Below are positions 57,696 through 64,000 of a stretch of DNA of 64,000 nt, piece after piece. Each line of letters starts with the position of its first letter. The first letter of the stretch is position 1. The stretch lies in contig JAJFLV010000175.1 of the NCBI GenBank assembly GCA_021772535.1, positions 1,021 to 65,020 of the forward strand, given 5' to 3'. The translations under genes were made by a program, and so were the position numbers. Below the pieces are notes generated by a model. That model made no database searches, was not told where the DNA came from, and was given only the letters and a program-made list of their open reading frames with translations. The stretch comes from Opitutales bacterium. GTDB lineage: Bacteria > Verrucomicrobiota > Verrucomicrobiia > Opitutales > UBA2987.

Positions 57696-60600
57696 TCAGG
57701 CCGGAAAGCTGCCCAGTCCGTCTTCCGATTCGAGCCGTATATCGAGGCAGAGGCTTTGCATCTCTTTCATCAAAACATTGAATGATTGCGGAGTTCCGGC
57801 CTGTAGGCTATTGTCCCCCTTGACCAGAGATTCGTAAATCTTGGTCCGCCCCTGCACATCGTCGGACTTAACCGTCAACAATTCCTGCAGGGTATAGGCG
57901 GCCCCGTAGGCTTCCAGTGCCCACACTTCCATCTCACCAAATCGCTGGCCCCCGTACTGGGCCTTGCCTCCCAGAGGCTGCTGAGTAATCAGGCTGTAGG
58001 GTCCCACTGCGCGGGCGTGAATTTTGTCCGCCACCAGATGGTTGAGCTTCATCATGTAAATATAGCCCACGACCACTTCCTGGTCGAAGGGTACTCCGCT
58101 GCGGCCATCGACGAGAACACTCTTGCCGCTTTCGGGCAGACCCGCTTCCATCAGGTAACCGCGGACACGCTGCTCGGAAATCCCATCGAACACCGGAGTG
58201 GCCACCTTGATGCCGAGCTTATGGCAGGCCCAGCCCAAATGGGTTTCGAGGACCTGGCCGACATTCATCCGGCTGGGCACACCCAAGGGGTTGAGGCAAA
58301 TCTCGATCGGGGTGCCATCGGGCAGGAAGGGCATATCCTCTTCAGGAACGATTTTGGCAATAACGCCCTTGTTGCCGTGGCGCCCGGCCATTTTATCACC
58401 CACCTGAACCTTGCGTTTGGTCGCGACATAGACCTTTACGTTCTTGATTACGCCCGATTCGACATCGTCTCCCGCTTCAATCGATTCAATCTTTCGCTCC
58501 CGCTCTTGCTCCAGTTCTTCGAACTTGGTTTTGAAGGAGTTGATTATCTCCATTATCTTGATGCGTACCGGGGAGGGATCGATTTCGACAGTCTTGTAAA
58601 CCGCAGCCAGCCGGCGCAATAGGGTCTTGGTAATTTTGCGATTGGCCGGAATGATGATTTCATTGCTTTCGGTGTTGATTACATCGAGAGGAATCTTTTC
58701 GCCCAAGAGGATGTTGGAGAGGGCCTCAGTCAGGTTTTCCCTCAACTTTTCCATCTGGGAACGATATTCCTCATTGATTTTCTTAACCTGGCGACGGCGG
58801 TCAGAAGGGCTCATTTTTTCCCTTTCGGCTTCGATCCGGCTGCTTATCTTGACATCCATGACGATGCCGAAAACCCCGGACGGGACGAGTAGCGAGGTGT
58901 CCTTCACGTCGGCTGCTTTTTCGCCGAAGATAGCCCGGAGAAGTTTTTCCTCCGGCGCCAGTTCGGTTTCGCTTTTTGGGGTTATTTTACCCACCAGAAT
59001 ATCCCCCGGCTTAACCTCGGCGCCAACCCGTACCACCCCATCGTGGTTAAGGTTTTTTAGGGCCTCTTCCCCGACATTGGGAATGTCCCGGGTGATTTCC
59101 TCCGGTCCCAGTTTGGTGTCGCGCGCGGTCACCTCGAATTCTTCGATATGAATGGAGGTGAAGGTATCGTCCTTGATCAGTTTTTCACTTATGAGGATGG
59201 CGTCTTCGAAGTTGTAACCGTTCCAGGGCATGAAGGCGACCAGCACATTGCGCCCCAGAGCCAGTTCTCCCTTGTCGGTAGCCGCGCCATCAGCGATGAC
59301 CTGCCCCTTCTCCACCTTTTGCCCTTTGGCGACGATGGGTTTCTGGGTGAAACAGGTGCCCGCATTGGAGCGCATGAACTTGCGCAGTTCATAAAAATAT
59401 ATGCCGTTTTTAGCGTCTGTTTTCGGGTTTCGGTCGAAACGGTGCGGAAGCTCCCCGTCGCTGGAGATGACAATGCGCTGGGAGTCGACCCGGGCCACAA
59501 TGCCGGACTCCAGAGCGGTCGAAACGGTGCGGGAATCGGCTGCCACACGGTTTTCGATGCCAGTGCCAACATAGGGCGACTCGGTTTGGAGCAGGGGCAC
59601 ACCTTGGCGCATCATGTTGGAACCCATGAGGGCCCGGTTGGCATCGTCGTGTTCCAGGAAGGGGATCAAGCCGGCAGCCACGGAAATCAGTTGCTTGGGC
59701 GAAACATCCATATTGTCCACCTTGCTGGGATCAACTTCGAGAAAGTTGTCTCCCTTCCGAACCGTTACAGGCCCTATGAGGGAACCATCCTTGGCGATCT
59801 CGGAATTGGCCTGGGCGATGACCAGTCCTTCTTCCTGATCGGCTGTCAGGTAGGACACTTCGTCAGTCGCTTTGCCTTTTTTTATGGCCCGGTAGGGGGT
59901 TTCAATAAACCCGAACTCATTGATGTGCGAATAAATAGCCAAGGAGTTGATCAGTCCGATATTGGGACCTTCCGGTGTTTCAATCGGGCAAATGCGCCCG
60001 TAATGGGAGGGATGCACGTCGCGCACTTCGAACCCGGCCCGCTCGCGGTTGAGTCCGCCTGGCCCGAGGGCCGAAAGACGGCGCTTGTGGGTCAGTTCGG
60101 CCAAAGGATTGATCTGGTCCATGAACTGGCTGAGCTGGCTGCGGGCGAAAAAGTCCCGGATGACCGTGCTGAGGGCCTTGGGATTGATGAGCTTTTGAGG
60201 GGTAATACTATCCACGCTCTGGTCGTAAAGGGTCATGCGCTCTTTAACCAGACGTTCGGTGCGGGCCAGACCGATCCGGCACTGGTTCATGAGCAGCTCG
60301 CCCACGGTGCGCACACGGCGGCTGCCCAGGTGGTCGATGTCGTCAACGATGCCTTCGCCGCGCTTCAGACGCACCAGGTATTTTGTTGCAGCCACCACGT
60401 CCTCGGTTTTCAGGGTGCGGTGTTCGAGTTCGATATCGAGGTCGAGTTTTTGGTTGATTTTGTAGCGGCCGACACGGCCCAGGTCGTAGCGTTTGGCATC
60501 CTGGAACAGGCGCTTGAGCAAAGCGCGGGCATTGGCCGTGGTAGGAGGTTCCCCCGGACGAAGGCGCTTGTAGATTTCTTTGAGAGCTTCTTCCTCATTG

Positions 60601-61475
60601 CGGGTGGGATCTTTTTTCAGGCACCGGATGATGGCCCCGTCGTCCACCATCGTGTCGATAACCCGCACTTTGGTTATTCCGGCCTGGTCAATGGCTCTCA
60701 CAATTGTCTTGGTCAACGGCTCGAAGGAGCGGGCCAGAACGACCCCTCGCTCGGCATCCACGAGATCCTCCACCAGGACCACCCGGCTGACGTTGCCTAA
60801 CTCCAGGACCGACTTAACGTCCACTTCTTCGATATTGTAGAAAAGGCTGAGGATATCGAAGTCGGAACCATAGCCCATCGACCGGAGCAAGGTGGTAATG
60901 AGGAATTTACGGCGCCGGCGCCGGCGGTCGAGATAGACATAGAGGAGATCGTTCTGATCGAATTGAACCTCCAGCCAGGTGCCCCGGTCCGGGATGATGC
61001 GGAAGGAGAAAAGCATTTTCCCGCTGGTGTGGGGAGTCTCCTCGAAACAGATGCCCGGTGAGCGGTGCAACTGGCTGACGACAACCCTCTCCGCCCCATT
61101 GATAATAAAGGAGCCGCGCTCGGTGATCATGGGCATCTCGCCCATGTAGATCTCCTCGTCTTTGATGGCATCCTCCTCTTTCAAACGCAATTTGACGTAA
61201 AGGGAAATGGAATAGGAGACACCTTCGCGCAGGCACTCTATCTCTGTCAGTTTCGGTCCCGAAAGGGTATAGCTGAGGTAATCCAGGGAAGCCCGCCCGT
61301 CATAACTTTCGATGGGAAACACCTCGCTGAAGACCGCCTGTAGACCAACCTGCCGCCGCTGTGCGGGGGTCGCGCCGGGCTGCAGAAATTCCTTGAAAGA
61401 ATCGATCTGGTTTTGAATCAGGTTAGGCGGGGAGATTACCTCTTCCAGTTTTCCAAAGTTTTTGCGTAAGGACAT
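57696..61475 (-). CDS. rpoB: DNA-directed RNA polymerase subunit beta
   Basis: '[53 protein letters not shown]', 'NMMRQ', '[20 protein letters not shown]' and '[19 protein letters not shown]'. 1259 aa. Confidence 0.97.
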   Translation of the reverse strand: MSLRKNFGKLEEVISPPNLIQNQIDSFKEFLQPGATPAQRRQVGLQAVFSEVFPIESYDGRASLDYLSYTLSGPKLTEIECLREGVSYSISLYVKLRLKEEDAIKDEEIYMGEMPMITERGSFIINGAERVVVSQLHRSPGICFEETPHTSGKMLFSFRIIPDRGTWLEVQFDQNDLLYVYLDRRRRRRKFLITTLLRSMGYGSDFDILSLFYNIEEVDVKSVLELGNVSRVVLVEDLVDAERGVVLARSFEPLTKTIVRAIDQAGITKVRVIDTMVDDGAIIRCLKKDPTRNEEEALKEIYKRLRPGEPPTTANARALLKRLFQDAKRYDLGRVGRYKINQKLDLDIELEHRTLKTEDVVAATKYLVRLKRGEGIVDDIDHLGSRRVRTVGELLMNQCRIGLARTERLVKERMTLYDQSVDSITPQKLINPKALSTVIRDFFARSQLSQFMDQINPLAELTHKRRLSALGPGGLNRERAGFEVRDVHPSHYGRICPIETPEGPNIGLINSLAIYSHINEFGFIETPYRAIKKGKATDEVSYLTADQEEGLVIAQANSEIAKDGSLIGPVTVRKGDNFLEVDPSKVDNMDVSPKQLISVAAGLIPFLEHDDANRALMGSNMMRQGVPLLQTESPYVGTGIENRVAADSRTVSTALESGIVARVDSQRIVISSDGELPHRFDRNPKTDAKNGIYFYELRKFMRSNAGTCFTQKPIVAKGQKVEKGQVIADGAATDKGELALGRNVLVAFMPWNGYNFEDAILISEKLIKDDTFTSIHIEEFEVTARDTKLGPEEITRDIPNVGEEALKNLNHDGVVRVGAEVKPGDILVGKITPKSETELAPEEKLLRAIFGEKAADVKDTSLLVPSGVFGIVMDVKISSRIEAEREKMSPSDRRRQVKKINEEYRSQMEKLRENLTEALSNILLGEKIPLDVINTESNEIIIPANRKITKTLLRRLAAVYKTVEIDPSPVRIKIMEIINSFKTKFEELEQERERKIESIEAGDDVESGVIKNVKVYVATKRKVQVGDKMAGRHGNKGVIAKIVPEEDMPFLPDGTPIEICLNPLGVPSRMNVGQVLETHLGWACHKLGIKVATPVFDGISEQRVRGYLMEAGLPESGKSVLVDGRSGVPFDQEVVVGYIYMMKLNHLVADKIHARAVGPYSLITQQPLGGKAQYGGQRFGEMEVWALEAYGAAYTLQELLTVKSDDVQGRTKIYESLVKGDNSLQAGTPQSFNVLMKEMQSLCLDIRLESEDGLGSFPA

Positions 61476-61724
61476 TTTCTTCTCAGTATGTTGGATTGAG
61501 ATTTGTGTAGTTTTTCTATCTATCTATGTAAGTGTCTAATTAACAAATTCCGGGCGATATTACCCGGTTGCCGCTGCCGGGTTCAGGTATGGGCGGGACA
61601 TTAAAAGACTGGTCTGCTTGTACAAAGGATTACCGCAGGCGCACGCCAATATGGCGCGTCCCTCCGGCTGAGGCTTGGAATTGCAATTGATGGCAAAAGA
61701 GTAAAGCGACAATAATTGATTAAA

Positions 61725-62111
61725 TTACTTAATCTCAACTTCAGCCCCGACGGCTTCGAGTTTCCCTTTAATTTCCTCGGATTCCTCCTTAGTGACAGCT
61801 TCTTTAACAGCTTTGGGGGCGCTTTCCACCAATTCTTTGGCTTCTCGCAAACCGAGGCCGGTAATGGCGCGCACCTCTTTAATGGCGGCGATTTTATTGC
61901 CTCCAAAGCTTTTCAGGATGACATCGAATTCTGTTTGTTCCTCTTCCGCGGGAGCTTGATCACCCCCACCGGCCGGGGCCGCCATGGCTGCTACGGGAGC
62001 CGCGGCGCTGACGCCCCATTTCTCCTCCAGGTCTTTGACCAGGGCCGCCGCCTCAAGGACGGTCTGGCTGCTAAGCCATTCGATGACTTGTTCTTTTGTG
62101 ATTTCGGACAT
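61725..62111 (-). CDS. rplL: 50S ribosomal protein L7/L12
   Basis: 'LE...[14 protein letters not shown]', Ala/Gly hinge, 'F.V.L...G..KI..IK.VR..TGLGL.EAK.LVE..P...KE.V.KEE.E.IK.KLE..GA.VE.K'. Confidence 0.95.
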   Translation of the reverse strand: MSEITKEQVIEWLSSQTVLEAAALVKDLEEKWGVSAAAPVAAMAAPAGGGDQAPAEEEQTEFDVILKSFGGNKIAAIKEVRAITGLGLREAKELVESAPKAVKEAVTKEESEEIKGKLEAVGAEVEIK

Positions 62112-62249
62112 TTCTACCTCCTTGATCGGTTAGCGCTCCTCACTTCTTGATTCGGGCATTTAAGGGAACTACTCCCCTAACCGGTCTTAATTGGTTGATT
62201 GTTGGTTCGGTTTGTTGATCTTCGATTGATGGTTTGATAAAATTTTTAA

Positions 62250-62771
62250 TCAGGCGATTCCGGCCAATTGATCGGAGCGAGCTTTGAGGACATTGAGGAG
62301 TCCCTGCGGAGCGGCTTGAATAACTGTGGCAATCTGCCGGGCCGGAGTGTTGAGCAGGCCGAGAAGCTGGGCCTGGATGACGGCCAATGGGGGAAGCTTG
62401 GCCAGTTGGCTGACATCTTCCGCCTGGAGCAGATGTTTGTCCAGCAAACCGCATTTGATTTCTATCTTTTGCTTTTCCTTGAAAAAATTGCCCAGAGCCT
62501 TGGCTACGCCAGCTGCGTTGTTGCCGCCCACGATAATTGCCGTGGGTCCAGTCAGCCCGTCATCCATGCTGGGATAATCCCGCTCCTTGGCGATTACCCG
62601 GAACATGTTGTTTTTAACGACGTGAAACTCCGCATCGTGCTCAGACAGGGCGGCGCGCAATTCTGCCGTCTCGGCCACCGTGATGCGATTATAGTCGGCC
62701 AGAAACACATAGTCGGACTTGTCCAGGTGTTCTCCGATCTCGTCAACAAGGTATTTTTTTTCGGCTCTCAT
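62250..62771 (-). CDS. rplJ: 50S ribosomal protein L10
   Basis: 173 aa, 'K...V.E........S......Y......T..EL.R..LR......VVKN' and position between rplA and rplL. Confidence 0.9.
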   Translation of the reverse strand: MRAEKKYLVDEIGEHLDKSDYVFLADYNRITVAETAELRAALSEHDAEFHVVKNNMFRVIAKERDYPSMDDGLTGPTAIIVGGNNAAGVAKALGNFFKEKQKIEIKCGLLDKHLLQAEDVSQLAKLPPLAVIQAQLLGLLNTPARQIATVIQAAPQGLLNVLKARSDQLAGIA

Positions 62772-62812
62772 GGCAGATGCTCTAAGTGGAATTGAGTAGA
62801 AAAAAGCTTAAA

Positions 62813-63508
62813 TTAATAATTGGAGTAAAGGGAGTTATCCAGCTTGATGCCGGGACTCATGGTAGAGGATATGGTTGCGCTCAGGATGTAGCGGCCCTTC
62901 ATTGTTTCCGGGCGGGCCTGCCCAATGCTTTCGATGACCGCCTTGATGTTTGCAGCGAGTTGCTCGGTGGTAAAGGACCGCTTTCCCACCAGCGTCCCGA
63001 TATTGGCAGTGCGGTCCATCTTGTAGGAGACTCGCCCGCCGAGTTTTATCTCCTTGATGGCAGATTCGACATCATCGGTCAGAGTGCCGGTCTTCGGATT
63101 GGGCATGAGCCCGCGAGGCCCGAGAATCCGCGCCACCGCACGCACCTCTTTCATGGCTGCCGGTGTTGCCACGGCCACATCGAAACCCACCCAGCCGTCC
63201 TTGACTTTCTTTATCAATTCTTCCAGGCCGGCTTCGTCCGCCCCTGCAGCGAGGGCTTCCTCCGGTTTATCCGTAAAAACCACAACGGAAACTTTTTTGC
63301 CGCTTCCGCTAGGCAAATTGACGATTCCGCGCACCATCTGATTGCTCTGCCGCGAATCCACCCCCAGGCGGACGGACAGCTCCACGGTCTCATCAAACTT
63401 GGCCAGGGCCATTTGAGAAAGGAGGCCGAGCGCTTCCTCCAGTGGGTAAGACTGGTTCAAATCGGTTACCTCAGAGGAAGAATGGTATCGTTTGGACTGC
63501 TTGATCAT
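62813..63508 (-). CDS. rplA: 50S ribosomal protein L1
   Basis: 'KFDETVEL...LG.D.R.S.Q.VRG.V.LP.G.GK...V.VF', 'FD...ATP..M..V.....ILGPRGLMPNPK.GT.T.DV..A.KE.K.G....'. Confidence 0.95.
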   Translation of the reverse strand: MIKQSKRYHSSSEVTDLNQSYPLEEALGLLSQMALAKFDETVELSVRLGVDSRQSNQMVRGIVNLPSGSGKKVSVVVFTDKPEEALAAGADEAGLEELIKKVKDGWVGFDVAVATPAAMKEVRAVARILGPRGLMPNPKTGTLTDDVESAIKEIKLGGRVSYKMDRTANIGTLVGKRSFTTEQLAANIKAVIESIGQARPETMKGRYILSATISSTMSPGIKLDNSLYSNY

Positions 63509-63623
63509 TGAAAAAAGATTTCCGCGGTTGTTTCAGGTATTAATTTTGAAAAAAAAGTGGTATGAGTTGATTTGAGGTGTTGGAGGCTTGAAAATAAGAG
63601 GGTGAGAGCAAGGAAAAATCGAA

Positions 63624-64000
63624 TTAATCGATTACATTGATTCCCATACTCCGGGCGGTGCCTGCAATAATGCGTATGGCCGCCTCTTCGCTATTGCTGT
63701 TAAGATCTTTTTTCTTGATCTGGGCAATCTCCGCGCACTGTTTTTTGGTGACATCGCCTACTTTTTCCCGGTTGGGCACGCCCGAACCCTTGGCAATGCC
63801 GACCGCTTTTTTGAGCAGGATGGCAGCGGGCGGCGATTTCAGAATAAAAGAGAAAGTGCGATCATGGAAAACCGATATGACAACGGGCAGGATCATCCCT
63901 GCCTGATCCTTCGTCCTGGCGTTGAATTCTTTGCAGAACCCCATGATGTTGACGCCGTGGGCTCCCAGGGCTGGTCCCACCGGAGGCGCCGGGTTGGCCG
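63624..64000 (-). CDS. rplK: 50S ribosomal protein L11 (N-terminus beyond the window edge)
   Basis: '[21 protein letters not shown].....G..IPV.I.V..DR.F.F..K.PPA..LLKKA' and a C-terminal '..A...[10 protein letters not shown]'. The frame stays open to position 64000. Confidence 0.9.
   Translation of the reverse strand, partial: ANPAPPVGPALGAHGVNIMGFCKEFNARTKDQAGMILPVVISVFHDRTFSFILKSPPAAILLKKAVGIAKGSGVPNREKVGDVTKKQCAEIAQIKKKDLNSNSEEAAIRIIAGTARSMGINVID

Noticed and set aside
59148-60800. 550-aa ORF antisense to rpoB. Similar cases: 53598-54638 opposite rpoC, 7917-8828 opposite accC, 51737-52471 opposite fusA, 62786-63511 opposite rplA, 38361-39077 opposite map, 24999-25685 opposite nadC.
   Set aside because: These are in-phase antisense frames of strongly supported genes. 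Their composition (Gly/Asp/Val/His-rich, no motifs) is typical of shadow ORFs. Depletion of TTA/CTA/TCA sense codons explains them.

Overview
The window is a compact bacterial chromosomal segment of about 52% GC. The gene content (DUF1501, a TatT-type TRAP transporter, a GldG/DUF4340 ABC module) suggests the PVC superphylum, possibly Verrucomicrobiota, but this is inference only. I recognised no rRNA, tRNA, CRISPR array or mobile element.

Left half, 1-33.9 kb (housekeeping and envelope genes):
- ftsK (3' end cut by the window edge), manA, grpE-dnaJ, and a stand-alone heptose-1-P adenylyltransferase.
- An nfo-accB-accC-asp23-amaP string.
- A TatT/DctP/DctQM TRAP transporter.
- A five-gene minus-strand operon: ABC ATPase, ABC-2 permease, GldG-like protein, DUF4340 protein, and a 943-aa AsmA-like anchored protein.
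- nadC-birA-coaX, an orphan DUF1501 gene, a GNAT gene, gltA, hisDCBH, and a LolA-like secreted protein.

Right half, 34-64 kb:
- One uninterrupted minus-strand translation/transcription super-cluster: rplK(partial)-rplA-rplJ-rplL-rpoB-rpoC-rpsL-rpsG-fusA-S10/spc/alpha genes-rplQ, ending in a small membrane zinc-ribbon ORF.

Observations most worth follow-up:
- The ABC/GldG/DUF4340/AsmA-like operon, a candidate energised envelope lipid conduit.
- A roughly 155-aa decapeptide-repeat N-terminal extension on ribosomal protein S11.
- A roughly 100-aa acidic tail on L17.
- An extra C-terminal hydrophobic helix on SecY.
- accBC-Asp23-AmaP synteny.
- The zinc-ribbon membrane ORF at the end of the alpha operon.

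Limits: all functional calls come from reading the translated ORFs against remembered family motifs. No database search was run. Several ORF-track starts were trimmed to internal starts where the long form overlaps the upstream gene.
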